A stretch of DNA of 64,000 nucleotides from an uncultured Chloroflexia bacterium (GTDB taxonomy: Bacteria > Chloroflexota > Limnocylindria > Limnocylindrales > CSP1-4): the NCBI GenBank assembly GCA_963788235.1, contig CAWBFV010000004.1, positions 406,336 to 470,335 of the forward strand, in the 5' to 3' direction. Shown here in pieces: positions 56,282 to 64,000 of the stretch; position 1 is the first letter of the stretch; each line of letters opens with the position of its first letter. The notes below the pieces were generated by a model. That model did not search any database and was not told the origin of the DNA. It was given only the letters and a program-made list of their open reading frames with translations. The translations under genes and the position numbers were made by a program.

Positions 56282-57099
56282 GTTCGACGGTCGCCCGGCG
56301 ACGCCCGTCCTCCTTCGGGATTCGGGCGCGCATTCGGGATCTGGTCCCGGTTGTCGCCGTGTTCGTCGTCGGGATCGTCCTCTGGGAGGTCGTCCTGGGC
56401 GTGCTGGGCGTCAAGCAGTTCCTGCTGCCGCGGCCGTCGGTGATCTTCGCGTCGCTCCTCAGCGAGTGGGGCACGCTCGTCGAAGGCCTCCGCTACACGG
56501 CCATCGAGGCCATCGGCGGGCTGGCGATCGGGAGCGTCGTCGCGCTGCTGACGGCCTTTGCGACCGCCCGCTGGGTGCTGGCTCGGGAGACGCTCGTGCC
56601 GGTGGCGATCGCGGCCAACTCCATGCCGATCATCGCGTTCGCCCCGATCACCAACAACTGGTTCGGATCGGAGAACGCGGCTTCCCGCATGACGATCGTC
56701 GCGGTGATGGTCTTCTTCCCGATCATGGTCAACGCGGTCCGTGGCCTGACGAACGTCGATGCCGCGGCGATCGAGCTCATGCGGTCGTATGCCGCATCCG
56801 ACCTCGCGGTGCTTCGACGCGTTCGGATCCCCAACGCCCTGCCCTACATCCTCACCGCGTTCAAGGTCGCAACGACCCTTGCCGTCATCGGTGCCGTGAT
56901 CGGCGAGTACTTTGGCGGGCCGCGCCAGGCGCTCGGCATCTACATCACAGGCGAGGCCACGCTCTTCCGCTTTGCGAACGCGTGGGCGGCGATCCTCATG
57001 GCCTGCGCCTTGGGGATCGGGCTCTATCTGATCGTGGTCCTGGCAGAGCGCGTGCTCCTGCCGTGGCATGCTTCGGGTGCCCGGGGGGAGGCGCGCTGA
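56278..57099 (+). CDS. ABC transporter permease (second, NitT/TauT family)
   Basis: 273 aa with a GTGA overlap onto the ATPase gene. EAA-like loop ...VRGLTNVDAAAIELMRSYAAS.... Confidence 0.85.
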   Translation: MSSTVARRRPSSFGIRARIRDLVPVVAVFVVGIVLWEVVLGVLGVKQFLLPRPSVIFASLLSEWGTLVEGLRYTAIEAIGGLAIGSVVALLTAFATARWVLARETLVPVAIAANSMPIIAFAPITNNWFGSENAASRMTIVAVMVFFPIMVNAVRGLTNVDAAAIELMRSYAASDLAVLRRVRIPNALPYILTAFKVATTLAVIGAVIGEYFGGPRQALGIYITGEATLFRFANAWAAILMACALGIGLYLIVVLAERVLLPWHASGARGEAR

Positions 57100-57186
57100 G
57101 GCGTCGGATGGGCTGGAGGCCAAAGGCGTCGCCGAGGGCGTAGGATGCGCCGACGACGATCGTCGCGTGGAGGAGGTACGGATCGG

Positions 57187-58359
57187 ATGACAACGTGGAA
57201 GCGCGCCCTCGCGCTGGGTGCCACCGCCGTCCTGGCGGCGGCATGTAGCTCGACGGGCGGCACGGCAAGCTCCGCGCCCAGCACGGCGCCGAGTGCCGCG
57301 GCCCCGAGTGCGGCCGGCAGCGAGGCGCCGAGCCAGCCCGCGGAGCTCACCAAGGTCCGGGTCCAGCTCAAGTGGGTCGCCCAGGCGCAGTTTGCCGGCT
57401 ACTACGCCGCGGTTGACCAGGGCTACTACGCCGCGCAGGGCCTGGACGTGCAGATCCTGCTTGGCGGTCCGGACATCGATCCCGTCCGGGTGGTGGCGTC
57501 AGACGGCGCCGAATTCGGGACCACCTGGGTACCGGCGATGCTCGCGGCCCGCGAGGGTGGCGCCGATGTCGTCGACATCTCCCAGGTGTTCCAGCGCTCG
57601 GGCACGCTCGAGGTGTCGTTCAAGGACAAGAACATCACCAAGCCAGAGGACCTTAAGAACAAGAAGGTCGGAAGCTGGCTGGGCGGCAACGAGCCGGAGC
57701 TGTTCGCCGCACTCAACAAGGTGAGCCTCAATCCCGACGACAAATCGCAAGTCGAGATCATCAAGCAGGACTTCGACATGTCGGGCCTGCTTGGCGGCAG
57801 CCTCGATGCGGCGCAGGCGATGACCTACAACGAGTTTGCACAGGTCCTCGAGGCGAAGAACCCCGCAACCGGCAACCTCTACCAGGCCGGCGACCTGAAC
57901 GTCATCTCGTTCAACGATGTCGGCACTGGCATGCTCCAGGACGCGATCTTTGCGCGCGAGTCGTACCTGGCGAAGCCCGGTAACGAGGACATCGCGGCGA
58001 AGTTCCTCGCTGCGTCCCTCAAGGGTTGGATCTACTGCCGAGACAACTCGCAGTCCTGCGTGGACATCGTTCTCAAGAACGGCTCCACACTCGGCGCAAG
58101 CCATCAGGCATGGCAGATGAACGAGATCAACGCGCTCATCTGGCCATCGCCGAACGGTGTGGGAGCGCTCGACTCCACGGCCTGGGATCAGACCGTGCAG
58201 ATCGCGACCACCTACAAGGTCCTGAAGGCCCAGCCGTCCGAAGGTGCCTTCCGCACCGACTTGAACCAAAAGGCGCTCGAGATGCTCGGGTCCGACTCGG
58301 ATGCGAAGGGCGCGTCGTGGACGAAGGGGACGGTCGAGCTCAAGGAGGGCGGCAACTGA
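57187..58359 (+). CDS. ABC substrate-binding lipoprotein (NMT1/THI5-ThiY-like)
   Basis: The ATG at 57187 follows GGAGGAGG. Signal/lipobox ...AVLAAACS. KVRVQLKWVAQAQFAGYYAAVDQGYY is typical of NMT1/SsuA-like binding proteins. Confidence 0.85.
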   Translation: MTTWKRALALGATAVLAAACSSTGGTASSAPSTAPSAAAPSAAGSEAPSQPAELTKVRVQLKWVAQAQFAGYYAAVDQGYYAAQGLDVQILLGGPDIDPVRVVASDGAEFGTTWVPAMLAAREGGADVVDISQVFQRSGTLEVSFKDKNITKPEDLKNKKVGSWLGGNEPELFAALNKVSLNPDDKSQVEIIKQDFDMSGLLGGSLDAAQAMTYNEFAQVLEAKNPATGNLYQAGDLNVISFNDVGTGMLQDAIFARESYLAKPGNEDIAAKFLAASLKGWIYCRDNSQSCVDIVLKNGSTLGASHQAWQMNEINALIWPSPNGVGALDSTAWDQTVQIATTYKVLKAQPSEGAFRTDLNQKALEMLGSDSDAKGASWTKGTVELKEGGN

Positions 58360-58397
58360 TCCACTCTCGCGGAGTGGCAACCACGGAGGCCGGCCCC

Positions 58398-59753
58398 ATG
58401 GGCCGGCCTTCGACATGCCGACGGGCGACCAAGACCCACCCGGTGCGGGCGTCGATGGTCGGTCGCCTGATCGTCGTCGTTCTCGCCGTTGTTCTCGCCG
58501 CGTGTGGCGGTGGCACGCCCTCGCGGTCGCCGACGTCGACGCCGCGGTCCTCGCCGGCCGGTAGCGGCCTGCCGTCGTCCGGTCCGCCGAGCGGGCCACC
58601 ATCGCCGAGCGCGTCGACCGCCACGCCCGTCCGCGTCCAACTGCGGGGCACGATCCGGACCGAGTTCGCGGGGTTCATCGCCGCGATCGAGGAGGGCTAC
58701 TACGAGGCCGCCGATCTCGACGTGACGCTGGTGGAGGCGCCGCCGGAGACGGACCCAATCGCTGCCGGTTCGGCGACCGACGGTCCGGAATTCACGGTCG
58801 CGTGGGTACCGGCCGTGCTCCAGGCGCGAGGCAAGGCCACGTCCGATCTCGTCGACATCGGCCAGGTCTTCCAGCGCAGCGGCACCTTGTCGCTGTCATG
58901 GCGCGAGGACGAGATCACCAGCGCCGCCGACTTCCGCGACAAGACGGTGGGCACCTTCGGGCTCGGCGACGGGCTCGAGGTCCTGGCGGGTGCGATCAGG
59001 GCCGGTCTGGACCCCACGAAGGACTTCAAGACCGAAACGCAGACCGCCGACCTCGACGGGCCGATCGATCGTGACCTCGACGTCGCCCAGACGACGATCT
59101 ACGACGGCTACGCCCGGTTGCTCGAGTCGACGAACCCGCGCACCCACGCCCTCTACGAATCGTCCGACCTCAACGTGATCAACTGGTACGACGAGGGCAC
59201 CGCGATGCTCCAGGACGGCATCTTCAGCCGCGCCTCCTGGCTCGCGACCGAAGGCAACGAGTCGATCGCGCAGCGCTTCCTCAAGGCGTCGTTCCAGGGC
59301 TGGATCTACTGTCGGGATCACGCGGCCGATTGCGTCGCCACGACCATCGATGCGGGCACCAGACCGGTCGTGTCGAGCGGTGCCCCGGGCGGTGCCGGCG
59401 CCTCGCCGAGCGCGGCCGCCTCGCCGAGCGCGGCCGCCTCGCCCGCAACGAGCGGCGCGGTGGAATCGCCGGCACCCCGACCCACCTTTGGTCCCGGGCA
59501 TCACGCCTGGTCGATGAACGAGGTCAACGCCCTGATCTGGCCGTCACCGGACGGGATCGGGGTCGTCGATGACGCCACGTGGCAGCACACGGTCGACGTC
59601 TTGCTGCTGGCCGGCGCGATCCCCTCGCGACCGACGGACGACGCTGCGAGGGCCGACCTCGCCAAGGCCGCGCTGTCCGAGCTCGCGGACATCGATGTCG
59701 CGGGGATGTCGTTCGCCAAGAGCCCGATCGAGATCACGCCGGACGGCAAGTAG
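58398..59753 (+). CDS. second, paralogous ABC substrate-binding lipoprotein with a low-complexity insertion
   Basis: Paralogue of the preceding gene (VRVQLRGTIRTEFAGFIAAIEEGYY...). Lipobox VVLAACG. It has a Pro/Ser linker and a roughly 45-aa Ala/Ser/Pro insertion containing an 18-bp tandem repeat (ASPSAA x2, about 59399-59440). The start is 58398 or 58455. Confidence 0.8.
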   Translation: MGRPSTCRRATKTHPVRASMVGRLIVVVLAVVLAACGGGTPSRSPTSTPRSSPAGSGLPSSGPPSGPPSPSASTATPVRVQLRGTIRTEFAGFIAAIEEGYYEAADLDVTLVEAPPETDPIAAGSATDGPEFTVAWVPAVLQARGKATSDLVDIGQVFQRSGTLSLSWREDEITSAADFRDKTVGTFGLGDGLEVLAGAIRAGLDPTKDFKTETQTADLDGPIDRDLDVAQTTIYDGYARLLESTNPRTHALYESSDLNVINWYDEGTAMLQDGIFSRASWLATEGNESIAQRFLKASFQGWIYCRDHAADCVATTIDAGTRPVVSSGAPGGAGASPSAAASPSAAASPATSGAVESPAPRPTFGPGHHAWSMNEVNALIWPSPDGIGVVDDATWQHTVDVLLLAGAIPSRPTDDAARADLAKAALSELADIDVAGMSFAKSPIEITPDGK

Positions 59754-59783
59754 GACCACCGGGCGCCGCGCTACCATCGGCGG

Positions 59784-60437
59784 GTGACGACGGCCGACAC
59801 CCTGCACGTCTCGACCCACCCCGCGGTCCTGCACAAGCTCGGCGTCCTGCGCGACGAGCAGACGGAACCGAAGAAGTTCCGCGAGGTCGTCCGCGAGCTG
59901 AGTTGGCTGATCGGGTACGAGGCGCTGCAGGACGCCAAGACCCGCCCGCTCCGCATCAGGACGCCGATGGAGGAGATCGAGGCGAGCGAGCTCGGCGAGC
60001 GCATCGGCCTCGTCCCGATCCTGCGCGCCGGCCTGGGCATGGTCGATGCGATGCTCGAGCTGATGCCGACCGCCCAGGTCTGGCATCTCGGCCTGTTCCG
60101 CGACGAGCGCACGCTCCGCCCGGTCGAGTACTACAACAAGCTGCCCGACTCGGCCGCCGTCGACCTGTGCCTCATCCTCGACCCGATGCTCGCGACCGGC
60201 GGGAGCGCCACCGCCGCGATCGACGTCCTCAAGCGCTGGGGGGCGGTGACCCCGGTGCGCATCAAGCTCGTCAACCTGATCGCGGCGCCCGAGGGCGTGG
60301 CGGCGGTCCAGGCCGCCCATCCGGACGTCGAGATCCACTGCGCGGCGCTCGACCGCGGCCTCAACGAGAAGGGCTACATCATCCCGGGTCTCGGTGACGC
60401 CGGCGACCGGCAATTCGGGACCGGGGGCAGCAGCTAG
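59784..60437 (+). CDS. upp: uracil phosphoribosyltransferase
   Basis: 217 aa with a GTG start. [14 protein letters not shown] motif [12 protein letters not shown], and [16 protein letters not shown]. Confidence 0.95.
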   Translation: MTTADTLHVSTHPAVLHKLGVLRDEQTEPKKFREVVRELSWLIGYEALQDAKTRPLRIRTPMEEIEASELGERIGLVPILRAGLGMVDAMLELMPTAQVWHLGLFRDERTLRPVEYYNKLPDSAAVDLCLILDPMLATGGSATAAIDVLKRWGAVTPVRIKLVNLIAAPEGVAAVQAAHPDVEIHCAALDRGLNEKGYIIPGLGDAGDRQFGTGGSS

Positions 60438-60546
60438 CGACCGGTCCGGGACGGCTGCGCAACGCCCGTCCGACCCGCGAAATCTACGGTGCCGCTGTGC
60501 ACCGTTGTCGCTCGTTTCGCAAGGTCAGCGAGCATCATTGACGACC

Positions 60547-60891
60547 ATGGAGGCGGCCCGGTATCTCGCGTCCATCGACTGGATCGGAGCGGTCCTCGTG
60601 GCGGCCGTGCTGGTCGTCATCGGGCTCGTCCTGCTCCGGTTTCTGATGGCGACGACCTCGGAGGTCGGCCACATGATCCCCGGCGCCGGCGAGGCGGCCG
60701 GCCGCGCGATCCTCGATGCCCGCGGCGAGCTGCCGGTCGACAGCTGGGTCTGCGCGAACTGCCGATCCGTCAACACCCCGCACGCGGCGCATTGCTATCG
60801 CGGCTGCGGGTTGCGCGAAGACCTCGCCGAGCCGCTGCCGACGGATCGCACGCTCGTCGCCGAGGGGATGAACGGTCGGCGGACCCGCTAG
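60547..60891 (+). CDS. hypothetical membrane-anchored zinc-ribbon protein
   Basis: The ATG at 60547 gives 114 aa. It has one TM (WIGAVLVAAVLVVIGLVLLRFL) and WVCANCRSVNTPHAAHCYRGCG, a RanBP2-type CxxC...CxxxC. Confidence 0.45.
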   Translation: MEAARYLASIDWIGAVLVAAVLVVIGLVLLRFLMATTSEVGHMIPGAGEAAGRAILDARGELPVDSWVCANCRSVNTPHAAHCYRGCGLREDLAEPLPTDRTLVAEGMNGRRTR

Positions 60892-61685
60892 GGGCGCTTC
60901 ACCGAGATCCGCGAGCCGACCTTCGAGAAGGTCAGCGCCAGGTCGTAGACGACGTTCTGCAGCTGCCCGTCGCCGGCCCCGATCCGGGCCTGGCCGCGCA
61001 GCGTCCACGTCCCCGATCTGGGAAGCCCGGCATCGTCGATCACGACCTCGAGGTGCGTGTCCTTCACCACTTCCTTCTGGATCTGGTAGGGGACGGTGTT
61101 GGGGTGGATGAGCAGTGCATCGAGCACCGCGATCTTGTGATAGGTCTTGTCACCGACCTTCACCGGCCCGAGGTACTTCACGTCGGTCGCGGCCTTGACG
61201 GTCTTGAACGGCACGTAGGACTGCTCGAAACCGAACGTCTTGAGCGCCTTCCAGCTCGTCGAGCCGCGCTTGATCCAGCCCTTCCCGCCGACGCCCCGCA
61301 CCTGCACGCGGACCTTGCCGGCGCCCGGGTAGTCGGGCTCGAAGTCGTACGTGAAGTTGGTCGCGAAGTCCGTGCCGGCGACGTCCATCTGGCCGGCGAT
61401 CGGCAGTCGATCGACCGATGCGCGGAGGTCGCCCGTGAACGCGATGTGGTACGTCAGCTTGCCGCTGGCGACCCGCTTCGCGAACGCGGCGATCGCGGCA
61501 TCGTGCGCCTCGGGCGCGGCCGAGGGCGGGGGTGCGACGACCGACGGCGACGCGACCGCCGCGCTGGCGACGGGCGCGACCGTCTCGCTCGCGACCCGTG
61601 GCGGCGGCAGGCACCCGGCCACGAGGGCGACCGCGATGATGGCGGCGCCCGTCACGGGCCCCGGGCGCGCTCGGACGACGGACAT
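60888..61685 (-). CDS. hypothetical lipoprotein
   Basis: The ATG at 61685 gives 265 aa. Signal peptide with lipobox ALVAGC, an Ala/Pro/Ser linker, then a beta-rich domain. No family confidently recognised. Confidence 0.6.
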   Translation of the reverse strand: MSVVRARPGPVTGAAIIAVALVAGCLPPPRVASETVAPVASAAVASPSVVAPPPSAAPEAHDAAIAAFAKRVASGKLTYHIAFTGDLRASVDRLPIAGQMDVAGTDFATNFTYDFEPDYPGAGKVRVQVRGVGGKGWIKRGSTSWKALKTFGFEQSYVPFKTVKAATDVKYLGPVKVGDKTYHKIAVLDALLIHPNTVPYQIQKEVVKDTHLEVVIDDAGLPRSGTWTLRGQARIGAGDGQLQNVVYDLALTFSKVGSRISVKRP

Positions 61686-61816
61686 GCCCGGACCGTACCA
61701 GCCAGTAGCGAAGCCGGTCCGCAGCCCGGACCGACCATCGGTCGCCGGGACCATCGACCCCCGTATTCGCATCGAGTCGTGCCCCCGTAGCCGGTCGCGC
61801 GCAGTATCCTCGGGAG

Positions 61817-62962
61817 GTGACCGTCACCGCAGAGCGCGCGATCCCTCGCAACGGTCGGGCACGAGGCCGCAGCCGTCCACGGACGGATACGCCGATCCTC
61901 GTCCGGCAGATGCGCAACGGCATCGAGGAGAGCGTCCATCGCGGCGACATCGTCGAGAGCGACGCGAGCGGTCGACTGATCCGCGTCGTCGGCGATCCCG
62001 AGCGAGTCGTCACGCTCCGCTCGACGGTCAAGCCCTTCGGTGTGGTCGCGCTGATCGAGGCCGACGGTATCGGCGCGTTCGATCTCGAACCGCCCGAGAT
62101 CGCGATCATGGCGAGCTCGCATTCGGGCGAGGACTTCCATGTCCGGACGATCCAGGGCATGTTCCGGCGTGCCGGCGTCAGCCAGAACTACCTCGCTTGC
62201 GGCAGCGAGGGGATGCCGCTCGATCCGTTGACCGCCGCCCGTCTGGCCCGCGACGGCGAAAAGCCGAGCGCGATCCGCCACATGTGCTCCGGACAGCACG
62301 CGGTCTCGCTGCTGTTGTCGCGACTCAAGGGCTGGGACCTCGAGACCTATTGGCAGCCGGAACATCCTTCGCAGGTCGCCTACCGGTCGGCGGTCGCCCG
62401 GGCGTACGGCACGACCCCGGACCGGCTCGTGACCGCGATCGACGGGTGCGGCGTAGAGACATACGCGTTCCGCCTCCGCGAAGTCGCCCAGGCCTACGCG
62501 TTCCTCGCCGATCCCGAGAACCTTCCCAAGCGCGATCCGCGCAGCTCGATCGCATCGGCCGTGGCGATCGTCCGGGATGCGATGCTCGACAACCCGGAGA
62601 TGGTGGCGGGACGCCACGATCGTCTCGATACGTCGCTGATGAAGGCGGTCGAGGGCCGGCTGATCGCCAAGGCCGGCATGGAGGCCTTGCGCGCTGTCGC
62701 GATCACCCCGGGCCCGCGCAGCGGCTCGCTGCTCGAGGCGCCGTCCGGCGTTGCGGTCAAGATCGAGGACGGCGACGGCTACGACCGCGGGACGTGGGCA
62801 GCCTCGGTCGAGGCGCTCCGGCAGGTCGGCGTGCTGGACGCCCAGGCGCTACGGGTGCTCGCGCGCTACCACCGCCCGACGATCCTCGACCCGCATGGCC
62901 GGGTCGGAGCAGAATCGATCCCCGAGTTCGAGCTCGCGCCGGTCGGTGAGCTGATCGGCTGA
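61817..62962 (+). CDS. asparaginase family II-like protein
   Basis: 381 aa. ...ESVHRGDIV...LRSTVKPF...ASSHSGE...MCSGQHA...IDGCGVETY are blocks I associate with the Rhizobium-type Asparaginase_II family. The GTG start at 61817 is tentative. Confidence 0.7.
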   Translation: MTVTAERAIPRNGRARGRSRPRTDTPILVRQMRNGIEESVHRGDIVESDASGRLIRVVGDPERVVTLRSTVKPFGVVALIEADGIGAFDLEPPEIAIMASSHSGEDFHVRTIQGMFRRAGVSQNYLACGSEGMPLDPLTAARLARDGEKPSAIRHMCSGQHAVSLLLSRLKGWDLETYWQPEHPSQVAYRSAVARAYGTTPDRLVTAIDGCGVETYAFRLREVAQAYAFLADPENLPKRDPRSSIASAVAIVRDAMLDNPEMVAGRHDRLDTSLMKAVEGRLIAKAGMEALRAVAITPGPRSGSLLEAPSGVAVKIEDGDGYDRGTWAASVEALRQVGVLDAQALRVLARYHRPTILDPHGRVGAESIPEFELAPVGELIG

Positions 62963-62969
62963 CCGCTCC

Positions 62970-64000
62970 ATGGCCCCCGACGCCGATCCATATCGCACGC
63001 TCGGGCTCGAGCACGACGCGTCGCTCGACGACGTGAAGCGTGCCTACCGACGACTCGCGAAGGCCAACCACCCCGACGCCGCCGGCAAATCGGCGCTGCC
63101 CCGGTTCCTGGCGATCCAGGCCGCGTACGACCAGATCGCCGGTCCGGATGCCCGTATCCGGCGGCCCGGCGGAGGTGGATCCGCCGGGACTCGCCGGGCG
63201 TGGGAGGCGGATCCGACCCGCGCCGGCGCCACGCATCGCGCCTACGGCGGGCGATCGCGGACACGACCCGGTCCGCGACCTCGTCCGGCGGCCGGATCGC
63301 CCGGGTCCACGGCATCCTCGCCGGGTGGCAGGAGCGGGCGACCGCCACGACCCGATCGACCGCCGAACAAGGCGACGCTGGGCTCGACGTCGTATGACGG
63401 GGCCGATGCCGAACCGCTGGATCCCGACTGGGGCGGCGCGTCGTGGTACGGGACCAGCTCGGGCACGTATTGGACGCTCAACCCCAAGGAATACGCCGAC
63501 CCGCGCAAGCACGGTCCGGAATACCAGGCCCGGGCGCGACGGGCCGATCAGCGCCGAGCGGGGATGCGCGCACCGGCATCGGAGACCCTCGCCAGCCCTG
63601 CGAGCCCCGAAGATGCCGAGGCCGCGGAGCCGGGCGACGCTGCACCCGGATCGCCCGAGGCGGCGCACGAAACCGCCGAACCGGCGTCGCACACCGCAAG
63701 CTCGTGGTGGCAGTCGACGCCGACGGAGCCGGCCGAGCCCGCCGCGAGGACGGCCCCGGCCGCGGAACCGGTGCGCCGCTCCGACCGGCCGCCCCGCACC
63801 CCGCCGCGCACCCCGCCCCCCGCGGCGCCACGTCGTTCGAGGGCCGCTGCCGCTGCCGAGGCTGCCGCTGACGGCGAGGACATCTCGACCGAAGCGGTCC
63901 TCGACGCGATCCGGCGCTGGATCGATGACCGCCGGCCCGGTGTTGGCGCGCGGATCGGTCGGGCGGTCATCGGCTGGGCCCCGATCGCCCTCGGTATCGG
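62970..64000 (+). CDS. DnaJ (J-domain) protein, partial (runs off the window)
   Basis: My own translation from the ATG at 62970 gives MAPDADPYRTLGLEHDASLDDVKRAYRRLAKANHPDAAG..., with the HPD motif. A long Pro/Ala/Arg-rich linker follows. The frame stays open to position 64000, and the last residues (VIGWAPIALGI) look like the start of a TM segment. It is not in the ORF track because no stop is reached. Confidence 0.8.
   Translation, partial: MAPDADPYRTLGLEHDASLDDVKRAYRRLAKANHPDAAGKSALPRFLAIQAAYDQIAGPDARIRRPGGGGSAGTRRAWEADPTRAGATHRAYGGRSRTRPGPRPRPAAGSPGSTASSPGGRSGRPPRPDRPPNKATLGSTSYDGADAEPLDPDWGGASWYGTSSGTYWTLNPKEYADPRKHGPEYQARARRADQRRAGMRAPASETLASPASPEDAEAAEPGDAAPGSPEAAHETAEPASHTASSWWQSTPTEPAEPAARTAPAAEPVRRSDRPPRTPPRTPPPAAPRRSRAAAAAEAAADGEDISTEAVLDAIRRWIDDRRPGVGARIGRAVIGWAPIALGI

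Overview
The window is about 70% GC, gene-dense bacterial chromosomal DNA. Its style looks Actinomycetota-like: frequent GTG/TTG starts, many ATGA/GTGA/TTGA stop-start overlaps, a SigK/RskA-type ECF pair and an F420-type LLM oxidoreductase. I could not see any rRNA, tRNA, CRISPR array, transposase or phage genes.

Gene content, in order:
- A suf Fe-S module that stops after sufB-sufD-Rieske.
- A translationally coupled operon at 4044-12342, built around a seryl-tRNA-synthetase-like amino acid:carrier-protein ligase. It encodes a carrier protein, an ACAD-like flavoenzyme, the ligase, a DUF1839-like protein, a GH2-like protein, a tandem alpha/beta hydrolase and a flavin reductase. A divergent AcpS-type PPTase sits upstream. 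This is my best candidate for an undescribed biosynthetic system.
- A penicillin-acylase-family gene, an ornithine cyclodeaminase and an ECF sigma/anti-sigma pair.
- lgt and a plsC-like acyltransferase.
- Sulfur amino-acid genes: cystathionine beta-synthase, cystathionine gamma-lyase/synthase, a SAM-I riboswitch in front of a ThrC-like/MoaD-like pair, and homocysteine S-methyltransferase.
- Central metabolism: pckA, mdh, mmsA and an aldehyde dehydrogenase.
- A large LuxR/STAND regulator and a SARP-like regulator.
- An RsbU/STAS/RsbW-type partner-switching module.
- A reductive pyrimidine-catabolism neighbourhood: dihydropyrimidinase, beta-ureidopropionase-like amidase, an LLM oxidoreductase, an omega-aminotransferase, a NitT/TauT-type ABC importer with two binding proteins, and upp.
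- A partial DnaJ-domain gene at the 3' edge.

Two intergenic regions carry unusual tandem repeats with a period of about 60 bp (21782-22017 and 51601-51875). A third carries a 21-nt inverted repeat.

At least seven otherwise well-conserved genes need nine reading-frame shifts to be read through. I cannot tell from sequence alone whether these are assembly indel errors or real pseudogenes. All functional calls come from my reading of the translated ORFs and motifs. No database search was run.
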